Assembly (NCBI GenBank): GCA_965226495.1
Contig: OZ245365.1
Span: 800,001 to 864,000 of the forward strand
Direction: 5' to 3'
Length of the DNA: 64,000 nucleotides
Origin: Candidatus Marinacidobacterales bacterium
Lineage (GTDB): Bacteria > Acidobacteriota > Vicinamibacteria > Marinacidobacterales > DATDRI01
Of this stretch, positions 20,413-30,808 are shown in pieces. The notes under the pieces were generated by a model. The model had not been told where the DNA came from. It did not search any database and saw nothing but the letters and a program-made list of their open reading frames with translations. The translations under genes were made by a program, and so were the position numbers. Numbering within the stretch: the first letter of the stretch is position 1; each line of letters opens with the position of its first letter.

Positions 20413-23074
20413 ATGAATAGACACGCGAAATGGTGGGCTCCGGCTTCGCTGGTAACGGGCGCTTTGTTTCTGGGTGCTTGCGGCGACGGGGGTGGTCCCG
20501 ACCTCGATCAGGCGCTGGTTCTGAGCATGGCCGCGCTCGGCGAGAACGCGGACGGCTCGCCCAACCCGCTCCCCGCGCGCATTGGGATTCTCACGCGCGA
20601 GGGTGGGGCGTGGCACTACCGTTTCATCGAGGACCCTGACAGCAACGTCTTCCACAAGGCGATGGCTTATCGATCAAGCTTGTTGACCCTCGGCGGCACC
20701 CGGGCGGCCGTGAAGCTATGGGGCACCGATGGCAGCTTGGACACGCTCTGGGACGTGGATTTCGGAGGAAAGTTCAGCCGCATGCGAGACGCCGAGGTCG
20801 GAGACATCTACGGCGACGGCTCCCAAACCATCGCGGTCGCGACGCATGACCAAGGCGTGGTCGCGGTCTTGCGGCCGGACGGCGCGGGTGGATTTTCCGT
20901 CGAGGAGCTCGACCGGACGCCCGATACCGTCGTCCACGAGGTCGAGCTCGGCGACTTGAACGGCGACGGCATCGTCGAGATCTACGCCACGCCTACCGCA
21001 CCCAACAAGCTGGATGGAACACCGCAGCCCGGCAAAGTCGCACGCTACGTCCCCGCGTCCGGCGAAGGCAGGGTGGATGTCGTCGATCTCGGAGACCGCC
21101 ACGCCAAGGAGATCCTCGTCGACGACGTCGATGGTGACGGGCGCGACGAGCTCTACGTGTCCGTGGAGGCGATCTCCGGAGGGAAGGTGGAGATTCGCCG
21201 CTACGAACAAGACACGGATCCGACCGCAGTCAATATCGTGGCCACACTCGACGACAAGTTGTGTCGTTTTCTCACCGCGGGTGACGTTGATGGCGACGGC
21301 AAGAAGGAAATGGTGGCGGCGACGCACAAAGCCGGCCTCTGGCTTTTGCGACCAGGCGAGGGCATGTGGAAGAAAGAGCTCATCGATGCGGACTCCTCGG
21401 GTTTCGAGCACGCCTCGATTCTTCTCGATTTGGATGAGGACGGTCGCGACGAGCTTTATGTCGCGAGCGACGACCAGGCCGAGCTGAGGCGTTACGTTCT
21501 TTCTGACGAAGGCTGGCAGCGCGAGACCTTGTGGAAGTTCGAGGATGATCTCGGTCGGTTCACATGGAACATCATGCCCGTTCCGCTCGGGAGCTTGCCT
21601 ACATCCTCCAACACGGCAACCACAGTATCCGAGACGACCGAAGATGAAGATATTGCCGAGCCGCCTCGAGGTCTTCTCATCAAAGAGGCGTCCGTTTCCG
21701 CCCGGCTACGTTCTCTTCTCGCCACTCCTTTCCGACGTCACTTATCTCATCGATAACGACGGCCAGGTCGTTCACACATGGGAGAGCGACTACGCGCCTG
21801 GGGTCAGCGCCTACTTGCTGGATAACGGCCATCTTCTACGAACCGGCCGCGAGCCTGAAGTGCCCTTGTTCTCTATTGGAGGGCATGGCGGCCGCATTCA
21901 AGAATTCACGTGGGACGGCGAGCTCGTCTGGGACTTCAAGCTCGCCAACGAACAGCGCCTCATGCATCACGACATCGAGCCGCTCCCGAACGGAAACGTC
22001 CTCGCCATCGCTTGGGAGAGGAAATCCCCGGAAGAAGTTCTTCGCGCCGGTCGCCGGCCGGACGCGATACCCGAGGCGGGGCTTTGGCCCGATATGGTGC
22101 TCGAGCTCGAGCCCGTACGGCCCGATGGGGCCCGCATCGTCTGGGAGTGGCATGCATGGGATCACCTCGTTCAAGATCACGATCCGAATTTGGACGGCTA
22201 CGGTGACCCGCGTTCGCATCCGGAGCTCATCAACATCCACGGCGATGGCGAGCGCACGGAGTTTCCCGCGGAGGAGCTCGAACGGCTCAAGGCTCTCGGC
22301 TACATGGCCGCCGATACGAGCTCCCAGGACTTGCTCTCCGATTATCTTCATACCAACGCCATCGCCTATAACGCCGCGCTCGACCAAATCGCTGTGAGCA
22401 CACCGCGGTTCCACGAGATCTGGGTCCTCGACCACAGCACCACGACGGAGGAAGCCGCGGGGCACTCGGGCGGGCGTTGGGGGAAGGGAGGCGATCTCTT
22501 GTATCGCTGGGGAAACCCGAGGACTTATGGGCGCGGCGACGAGTCGGCGCGGCAATTATTCGGACAGCACGACGTTCGCTGGATTCCCGAGAGCTTGCCG
22601 GGAGGCGGGAACATGCTCGTCTTCAACAACGACCCGAGCAGCCCGGCAGGCAATTACTCGGCCGTCGTGGAGATCGCGCCGCCGATAGATAGCGAAGGGC
22701 GCTACGTCTTTCCGGCGAGCGGGCCTTTGGGACCCGCCGAGCCGACATGGACCTACGAAGCTCCCGACAAGACGTCCTTTTATTCAGACTTCATGTCCGG
22801 CGCGCATCGGCTCGCGAACGGGAACACCCTCATCTGCTCCGGCGCGCAAGGACGCTTTATGGAGGTCACGGAAACGGGCGAGATCGTTTGGGAGTACTGG
22901 AGCCCCTATTCCGGCAACGTGCGTAATCCCGACGGCTCACATCCACATTTCGTCGCGGGTAACTCCTACGCTGTTTTCCGCGCTACAAGATTCGCACCCG
23001 ACGCGGCGGCGCTCGCCGGACGAGACCTGCGACCTCTCGACCCACAGCCAGCACCTGTAGCTGCCGAGCTATGA
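20413..23074 (+). pseudogene. Lipoprotein with FG-GAP/VCBS repeats fused to an aryl-sulfate sulfotransferase (ASST) domain; frameshift near 21700
   Basis: LGAC lipobox and GDLNGDG/GDVDGDG repeats. Second frame begins PGYVLFSP and has HHD, HTNAI, QHD, RLANGNTLI. Confidence 0.75.
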
Positions 23075-23084
23075 CCTAGCCGGT

Positions 23085-23909
23085 TCAATTTCTGTTTCGT
23101 AATACATCGGGCTCGAGGTGCCACTCGAGGTTGTTGGGCGGTGTGACCGCGAGCTCCTCAGGTTGGGCGAGCTCCCTCAGCTGCGGGGTGAAATCATAAG
23201 GAACGGGAAAAGGCCGCGTTGTGCCGCCTCGGTTCACATATTCCCAAACGATCTCGCCGTCGGGCTTCACTTGAAAGAGCCTCCCCGTATTGTCCTCGAC
23301 GATGAACGTGTTGCCGTTGGGAAGCCTGCGCTGGGTTCCCATGGTCTTGCTAAAAAACTTTAGATTGGCGTAGCCTTCCGTTTCGTACTTCCAAACAATG
23401 TCCTTCGTGGTCGGGTCGAACTCGATGATGAAGGTCTGTCCGTTGTGGCTCCGGTGCTTCGGAAAAAGACCGTTGTCGAACAAGATGATGTTGCCCGCTC
23501 CGGGGAGCCCTTTTTCGATCATCTCGGGCTCGTGGCAGTGCGACAACCCGCCTTTGTAGTCGTGGGTCCACTCCCACACGACCTTCTTTGTGTCCCGGTC
23601 GACGATGAAAAGCATGTCGATGTTTCGGGGATTGATGAGGATATTGCCCGGCTTGAATCGTTCGTCGCCCGCGTCGTACCACTTGTTCTCCGGAAGAGGC
23701 TGGATGGAGTTCATATGGAGCCAGTCGCCTTCGGGCGTTACGGGTGAAAACCGGTTCAGGTCGAGATGGTTATGCGCATGCCACTCCCAGACCACTTCCT
23801 TGTCCATGTTCACTTCGTAGATATCGGCGCCTCTTTGATGCTCGACGCTACCGCGCTTGCGCGGTGACCACCACGGAGCTATCTCGACATCCTCGACCTG
23901 CATTTGGAA
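23085..23909 (-). pseudogene. Aryl-sulfate sulfotransferase family, 5'-truncated
   Basis: DWLHMNSI, GNIILFDNG, RLPNGNTFI, GEIVWEY. The N-terminus is replaced by IS sequence at 23910. Confidence 0.8.
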
Positions 23910-24057
23910 AACGGCCTTCGTCCTCCCGACGCCGGCCACCTCGCGAGGCCTTTCTCTCTCGCAACGCCTTCGATTTATTTCAAACCATCCCGCGTACGAG
24001 GATTTTCCTTCAATCTAGCCCTCCCGCAGGTTGCTCTCGGGATAGAAATGGCTATCT
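23910..24057 (+). mobile_element. Isolated IS91-like type A oriIS-end segment
   Basis: Near-identical to 15595-15742 and ends GATAGAAATGGCTATCT. Confidence 0.88.
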
Positions 24058-24066
24058 GTTATCTGT

Positions 24067-24980
24067 AGTTCCTCGTCGCTTTCTCATGCAGGTGTCGGGG
24101 ACTCTGTCCGTCTTGTGGCGCGAAGCGAGCCGCGATTTTCGCCGAGTTGCTCCAACACAGGATTCTCGCGGATGTGCCTCACGCTCAATGGGTGTTCTCG
24201 ATCCCGAAAATGTTGAGACCATATTTTTTGTACCATCGAGAGCTTCTAGGTGATCTCGCAAGACTCGCCTACGAAACCGTCCGGGAGATGATGGCCGCTG
24301 CCGTCGATGAGCCTGACGCACGCCCTGGTAGTGAATCTGTCTCGACTTCGTTATCATCCGGAATCGGGGCTCCTTATTTATGAGCCCAAGGCCGGCCACG
24401 ATGTCGACGACAGCGAGCCTATCGACCCACTTGAGTTTATCGCGCGCGTGCTCATCCACATACCGGAGCCGAAAAAGCATCTGGTTCATTTCTACCGGAC
24501 CTACGCCAACCGCGTTCGTTCGTCGACACCCAGTGTTTGCGACTCCGCGCAGAAGCAGGCAGAGGATGAACCTTCCCCTCCCCGCCGCGCTTTACGAAAA
24601 AGATGGTCAGAGCTTATTTACAAAATCTACGAAGTCGACCCTTTGACCTGTCGGCAATGCGGGAATCAGATGAAGATCGTCGCTTTCATCACTGAGCCCG
24701 CCGTCATTTGTCGTATTTTGGCTCACCGCAAATACAAAGCCTCCCGACAAAGAGCTCCTCCCCAGCCAACCCTCAACCTCCACTAAACGCCTACCCCGTC
24801 AGGACACACTCTCCCTGTGTCTTGAACCAGCCAACGGCCTTCGTCCTCCCGACGCCGGCCACCTCGCGAGGCCTTTCTCTCTCGCAACGCCTTCGATTTA
24901 TTTCAAACCATCCCGCGTACGAGGATTTTCCTTCAATCTAGCCCTCCCGCAGGTTGCTCTCGGGATAGAAATGGCTATCT
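24067..24980 (+). mobile_element. IS91-like type A, internally deleted (HUH region missing) with oriIS end
   Basis: 24067-24329 matches ~28756-29019, then jumps to a match of 15092-15742. Terminus at 24964-24980. Confidence 0.9.
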
Positions 24981-25102
24981 GTTGGATGGTTCGTCTACAC
25001 TGGACGCCGAGGTGCTCCTTGCAGCGGAGCATCTCGCGAAGTGAGATATCGCTCGGGCTTGCGCACTACCGGTATAACTAACAAATTGGATAGGGGGTCA
25101 CC

Positions 25103-26035
25103 ATGTTGATGAGATTCGTGGGCATTCTTGTTTTTATCAGTGCTGCGAGTGCGTTTGCGGAGGAATCCTGTGAACCATCGAGGTGGGGACCAGACGACCA
25201 AATGGGTAACGCTAACCTCATCTCCCCGGAATCTGTGCTGAAAGCCTCCAGTCTCATTAAAACTGGCAAAACGTACGGCCTTGGAATAACCATCGACAGC
25301 AACACGCCCGCTTTTGCACCTCGCAGCTTGTCGTTGATGGTCGTGCAGCCAGGACAACAGGAAGGTGCCCGGCCATTCGGAATCAACACCTACAATGACG
25401 ACATATTTTTTGGCTGGTTTGGTATTGGATCGCAGATCGATGGCCTGGGTCATCTGGGTTACGACGGCGACTATTACAACTGTAACCGGTCCGAAGATTT
25501 TGCGCAGTTGACCGGATTGACGAAGCTGGGAATCGAAAACGTCCCACCCATCGTTGCTCGCGGGGTCGTGCTGGATATGGCGAGCCATTTTGGCGTCGAT
25601 GTTATGGAAGCTGGAAAGTACTTCTCGGTAGAAGACGTTAAAGCGGTAGCCCGGAAACAAAAAACACCGATTCGCGAAGGGGATGTGGTGTTGTTTCACA
25701 CGGGATGGACAGACGCATACCTGGATTCGGATCCTGCGACCTGGGTTGCTGCCGAGCCAGGGCAATCCGAGGAAGTTGCCCAATATCTTGCGGACTTAAA
25801 CGTGGTTGCCGTGGGGGCTGATACCTGGGGAGTTGACGTCGTGCCGCCTCAGGTGGCTGCTCGCCCGTATCAGGGTCACGTGATTCTGCTGAAAGAAAAC
25901 GGAATCTACATTCTGGAAACCATGAATACCGGACCGCTGGTTCGGGATGAAGCTTACGAGTTTCTTTTTGTCCTGGGTCAAGCGAAAGTGCGCGGCGCGG
26001 TTCAAATGATCATAAACCCAATTGCAATTCATTAA
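25103..26035 (+). CDS. Secreted cyclase-family (kynurenine formamidase-like) metal-dependent hydrolase
   Basis: Signal peptide, WGPDDQMGNAN, GSQIDGLGH, RGVVLD, GDVVLFHTGW, VGADTWG. Confidence 0.88.
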   Translation: MLMRFVGILVFISAASAFAEESCEPSRWGPDDQMGNANLISPESVLKASSLIKTGKTYGLGITIDSNTPAFAPRSLSLMVVQPGQQEGARPFGINTYNDDIFFGWFGIGSQIDGLGHLGYDGDYYNCNRSEDFAQLTGLTKLGIENVPPIVARGVVLDMASHFGVDVMEAGKYFSVEDVKAVARKQKTPIREGDVVLFHTGWTDAYLDSDPATWVAAEPGQSEEVAQYLADLNVVAVGADTWGVDVVPPQVAARPYQGHVILLKENGIYILETMNTGPLVRDEAYEFLFVLGQAKVRGAVQMIINPIAIH

Positions 26036-27332
26036 CTTTTCAAACGTTCTTCTCTGAGCGCTTTGCGACGCAACTTGCCCGCATCATCCCGCAACGGTTG
26101 ACTGACAAATTCTATTGTTCGCGGAATTTTGTATCGTACCAGGCGCTCGGCAAGATGATTGAGGTGGTTGTCTTCAGTCAGTTTTCCATCAGGCGCATCG
26201 ACTATTGCATGCACTGTGGCTCCGAGATCATCACTTGGTAGGCCAATGACGGCAGACGAGCGTACGCCGGTACAGGAATCAATCGCTGCCTCAACCTCTG
26301 CCGGGTAGACGTTTGCCCCACCGGAAAGAATCATGTCGGTGAGGCGATCCGATAGAAACAGGTAACCGTCGATGTCCATATGCCCGATGTCCCCGAGACT
26401 CTCCCAACCGCCTTCCATGACTTTTGCTTCCGCGCCGATGTAACGATAGGTGGTGCCGGCACCACTTTTCGGTCGGATGAACACCTCGCCGATTTCACCT
26501 GGGGGTAAAGTTTTGCCGTTTTCGTCGACGATTTTCATTTCGCACATCGCCGTGGGTTTCCCAACAGAACCGCGGTGTGCAAGCCATTCGACGCCGTCCA
26601 GAATCGTAGATCCAGTGCCTTCCGTGCCGCCGTAGAGTTCCCAAATGACTTCGGGACCCAACCAGTCGATGAAGGCTTCCTTCAGCCAGATCGGGCAGGG
26701 TGCAGCGAGATGCCATAACGTTCGTAGGGAAGATAGGTCATAGCGTAACCGCACGTCCGTCGGTAGATTCCAGACACGCTGCATCATTGTGGGCACCATG
26801 TAGATCGTGTCCACACTCAGAGTTTCGATGAGTTGTAATGTTTGCTCCGCATCAAAACGAGTTGTGATGGCTACCTGGTTACCTTTGCCCAGTGCCCCCA
26901 TCGCCCACATGAATGGCCCGTTGTGATACAGCGGACCGGGAATCAACACGGAGCCTTCTTTCCGGAAATTCAGAATTTCGGCATCGGGATCAGTGGTGGC
27001 CGGATGTTTCGAAACGATGAGTTTGGGGCGTCCAGTGCTGCCGCCGGAAGTCATTGCTTTGTAGGAAGTGGCGGTGAGTTCTTCCAGAGGATCGTCCGCA
27101 ATGGATACGTCGGGTTCGTACTGGGGTGGAACGGTTGTTATTTCACCATACTCGCCGGGATTCACGCCGACAATGAGTTTTGGGGCGCCGATTTCTACGA
27201 TCTGGTCGAGTTCGAATTTGGGCAGTTTGGCGGAAACCGGCTGTGGTGTGCCGCCCAGTTTCCAGGTGGCATAACACGCCGTAAAAAATTCAATGCTGTT
27301 GGATAGAGCAATCGTCACGAAATCGTCGAAGC
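26032..27332 (-). pseudogene. Acyl-CoA synthetase (AMP-binding, bile acid-CoA ligase-like), 5'-truncated
   Basis: TSGGSTGRPK, LYGGTEG, GDIG, GGANVYPAEVE, YKIPR. The N-terminus is replaced by IS sequence. Confidence 0.85.
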
Positions 27333-27790
27333 TTCCTCGTAGGCTTCTCGTGCAAGTGTAGGGGACTTTATCCATCTTGTGGCGCGAAGCGAACAGCGAG
27401 CCTATCGACCGGCTCGAGTTTCTCGCCCGAGTGCTCATCCACATCCCAGAGCCCAACAAGCATCTGGTTCATTTCTATGGCGCCTATGCCAACCGCGTTC
27501 GTTCGTCAGCACCGCGTGTCAGCGACTCTGCGGAGAAGCAGGGAGAAGATGAACCTTCTCCTGAGCGGCGCCGATTGCGAAAACGATGGCCCGAGCTTAT
27601 CTACAAAATCTACGAGGTCGACCCCTTAACCTGCCGGCCATGACGGTCATCGACGCCTCGATGCCGTCCCGGCGGCGATGCTTTTTTGCCTCACCATATG
27701 TTTGACCAAATTCGAAACGCTCCGCGTGCGAAGAATTTGCTTCAATCTAGCCGTCCCACCGACTGCTCCTCGGGATAGAAATGCCTATCT
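27333..27790 (+). mobile_element. IS91-like type B deleted element with oriIS end
   Basis: Same deletion junction as 11311-11459. Ends GATAGAAATGCCTATCT at 27774-27790. Confidence 0.88.
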
Positions 27791-27830
27791 GTTCGCGGAG
27801 GGGCTGGAAGCTGCGCATGAGAAGGGGATT

Positions 27831-28025
27831 GACAGGAGTCCATTGTCCTTGTGCATCCCAAACCCCACGAGAGGCGAGGAGCATGGGGGTGTTGGTTCAC
27901 AACACTCCCAAACGTCTGTGGGACCACAACGACTCCGGGACGGGCGTGGGGACCGCCGACGGCTTCGGCCATCAACTCCTTGATGGTCTCATAAGCAAGG
28001 CGGGCCGGATCACCGAGAAGCTCTC
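27831..28025 (-). mobile_element. Diverged IS91-like transposase fragment (type C), inverted
   Basis: The minus strand encodes [49 protein letters not shown], a paralog of RLAYETVREMMAAAVDGPDARPGMVAVIQTF..NPHIHAIVTRGV. Confidence 0.8.
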
Positions 28026-28039
28026 GCTATCTGTTCCGC

Positions 28040-28265
28040 GGCGCTGAACCCCGTCCTCACCGTGGGCGATCAAGTCGCGGAGCCTCTTCGCGTCCACCAA
28101 GGCCTGAATCGACGACAGGCTTTGGAGAGGGCGGTCGAGCTCTTTCGCGCGGTGCGCATCCCCGACGCAGAGTCGCGGGTGGACGACTACCCCCACCCAA
28201 TGAGCGGGGGGATGAAGCAACGGGTCTTGATCGCCATGGCCATCGCCTGTTCCCCCGATCTTCTG
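28040..28265 (+). pseudogene. Internal fragment of an OppD/DppD-type ABC ATPase
   Basis: [16 protein letters not shown]...[26 protein letters not shown]. Confidence 0.85.
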
Positions 28266-28439
28266 GTTGCTTTTCTTCGTCGTGACGGCGGACCACGGCG
28301 AAAGCATGACCGAGCATGATTTTTTCTTCTGGCATGGCACGTACGCTTACCAGTCCGTTGTGCGAGTCCCGCTAATCTTCTATTTCCCCAAGGGAAAGCT
28401 GACCGGCAGAAGCTCGGTTCCAGCGAGCCTCGTGGATGT
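28266..28439 (+). pseudogene. Internal fragment of a sulfatase
   Basis: [13 protein letters not shown]...HG...VRVPLIFYFP. Confidence 0.8.
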
Positions 28440-29221
28440 CATATCGCTCCCCAGGGAGGTTTTCGATGACGGACTTCGTCTCCATCCTCTATGGACACCG
28501 TGGCGGCAACTCCTGCCATCGTCCCGCCAAAGGACGACTGTCCACCCGTTTATCGCCCGCGAAACCCACGCGCAAGCTCTCTTTACCAACTCTTCGACTC
28601 ACATTACGAAACCGTCAAGGCCGTGTGGGAAGAGCGATTCGAGCGCCAGTACGGGTTTTGGCGAGGCCACTGGGATTCCGCCGTGGCCACCTACCAAGAC
28701 TGCGGTTTGTTCGAATCCGGTTTCGCTCGCGTCAGGTGCCCGAGCTGCAAATTCGAGTTCCTCGTCGCTTTCTCATGCAGGTGTCGGGGACTCTGTCCGT
28801 CTTGTGGCGCGAAGCGAGCCGCGATTTTCGCCGAGTTGCTCCAACACAGGATTCTCGCGGATGTGCCTCACGCTCAATGGGTGTTCTCGATCCCGAAAAT
28901 GTTGAGACCATATTTTTTGTACCATCGAGAGCTTCTAGGTGATCTCGCAAGACTCGCCTACGAAACCGTCCGGGAGATGATGGCTGCTGCCGTCGATGGG
29001 CCTGACGCACGCCCTGGTATGGTCGCCGTCATCCAAACGTTTTCGTCTTCTCTAAAATTCAACCCTCATATTCATGCCATCGTCACGCGTGGGGTTTTCC
29101 TCTCTAACGGACAGTGGCATCCCATCCCTTACGTCGATACGCACAAAGCCGAGCTTGTCTTTCGCCATAAGCTTCTCCGATTTCTACGAGACCGGGACCT
29201 AATTTCCGAAGAGCGCATCGA
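28440..29221 (+). mobile_element. IS91-like type A, 5' half of the transposase (ATG 28491)
   Basis: YRPRNP, Zn-binding CG...RCPSC...FSCRCRGLCPSCG, QWVFSIPKMLR, HUH motif NPHIH. 29061-29221 overlaps 14819-14980. Confidence 0.9.
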
Positions 29222-29630
29222 GCGAGCTCGTCTCTACTCTTCGCGGCATCCTGCATGTAGTGGGCATGGGCATCATAGTAATGAGCGTTTGAGAGGTGTT
29301 CCCCTTCCTTCACCAGCACCGCTCCAGACCCGTAGGGTAGGAAGAGACCCTTGTGAGGATCTATCACTATCGAGTGAGAGCGATCCATGCCGAGGAGGAT
29401 CTTATTTTCCTTCTTCGCATAGCGCGAAAAGCGCTCCGTAGGCGCCGTCGATGTGGAACCAGAGAGAATGCCGGCCGGCGATTTCACCTATGTCCCCGAG
29501 GGGATCCACCGCGCCGGTGTCGGCGCTTCCCGCGGAAGCGATGACGAGCCAGGGGCTCAGTCCGGCGGCCTTGTCCTTCTGGATCGTCTTCACGAGGGCC
29601 TCGGGGTCCATCCGACGACGTGCGTCCGGG
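29222..29630 (-). pseudogene. Internal fragment of a group II PLP-dependent decarboxylase
   Basis: ASAGSADTGAVDPL, WFHIDGAYG, frameshift, then DPHKGLFLPYGSG. Confidence 0.85.
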
Positions 29631-29705
29631 TCCAAGATTTTGCGAATCAAGGTGTTCTCGGTGATGAAGGCGACGATACGCATCCGGCCCCCGCATTGGT
29701 TACAG
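29631..29705 (-). mobile_element. C-terminal fragment of a diverged IS91-like transposase, inverted
   Basis: LTCNQCGGRMRIVAFITENTLIRKIL versus LTCRQCGNQMKIVAFITEPAVICRIL in type A. Confidence 0.75.
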
Positions 29706-29905
29706 GTCAATCGGATCAATCCGCAGGGTGATGTTGCCCATGGACGATCCGAGGTACAGAAGCAGTACGAGACGATCTTTGCCAATCGCACAGCAAATCC
29801 ATCGGCTCAACCGTTTCACGCTGACATCACCATTCGTTTTCTGAGACCAGACGTCGCCTTTCTCGACGGTAAATGGCAAGTAGACAGTCCGGACGGCAAA
29901 AGTCT
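29706..29905 (+). pseudogene. Fragment of an NTF2-like (SgcJ/DUF4440) protein
   Basis: INPQGDVAHGRSEV...IRFLRPDVAFLDG. Confidence 0.6.
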
Positions 29906-29914
29906 CGGTTCCTG

Positions 29915-30808
29915 TTACGGCTTTGCCGGGCTCTCACCGTTCGTGGTAACCGCCAGGGGTCGCACCGGAGAAGAATTCCAGCCGCGGGATCGCATCGCCT
30001 TTTCGAGCTCCGCAATCCGGAGGTTCGCCGGGGGGTGCGAGCGAAAGTATTCCCTCGGTCCTTCCGCCACGACCCTTCCCATCTCATCCACTGGCGTCGA
30101 AGCAGGTTGGTTGGGTCGACCCTCGTTCTCGCCGAGGCGCCGGTAGAGATCGATGGCTCCCTGCGGGGAATAGCCCGCCGCCACCGCATAGCCCAACCCC
30201 ACGAGGTCCGCCTCCAGCTCTTTTTCCTTGTTGTACCCCGCTTGAAAGAGAGTTATCGGAATCGAAGCAATCGCATGTGGCAAAGACAAACCGAGCTTGC
30301 GCGCAGCAAGCGCATACTGGAGCCTTTCGATGGCGTGACGACGGTCCACATGCGCGATCTCATGACCTAGGACGGCTGCCATCTCGTCCTCCGATTCCAT
30401 TGCGTCGTAGAGTCCTCTGAGTATGATCACCTGACCGCCCGGCAGGGCGAAGGCGTTCATCGCAGACCTCGCCTGAACATGGAAGTGATAAGGGATGCGG
30501 TTTCTGTCTACTTGCGCCGCAAGGCGCTTCCCAACTTGCCGAGCGTAAGCCTCGAGCGCGCGGTCGTTTTCCGTCCCTGCGCTCCTTTTCAGGCCGTACC
30601 GCTGTGCCAAGCGGCGGCCAACCTCTTCTTCCTCCTGATCGCTGACGCGGGTTGCGGTTAGTGGCAATCTCTCTGCTTGACGCTGAAAGTCCGCCACCAG
30701 GCGCATCACCGCACCAAGCCCGACCACTGTATCCCCCTGCCCACGCTCGGTGAGATAGACACCGCCCAGCAGTGCCGCCAGAACAAGCGCCATCGCGACT
30801 TTGCGCAT
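29915..30808 (-). CDS. M48 family metallopeptidase
   Basis: NAFALPGG, HEIAH, ELEAD, FRSHP. Confidence 0.9.
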   Translation of the reverse strand: MRKVAMALVLAALLGGVYLTERGQGDTVVGLGAVMRLVADFQRQAERLPLTATRVSDQEEEEVGRRLAQRYGLKRSAGTENDRALEAYARQVGKRLAAQVDRNRIPYHFHVQARSAMNAFALPGGQVIILRGLYDAMESEDEMAAVLGHEIAHVDRRHAIERLQYALAARKLGLSLPHAIASIPITLFQAGYNKEKELEADLVGLGYAVAAGYSPQGAIDLYRRLGENEGRPNQPASTPVDEMGRVVAEGPREYFRSHPPANLRIAELEKAMRSRGWNSSPVRPLAVTTNGESPAKP

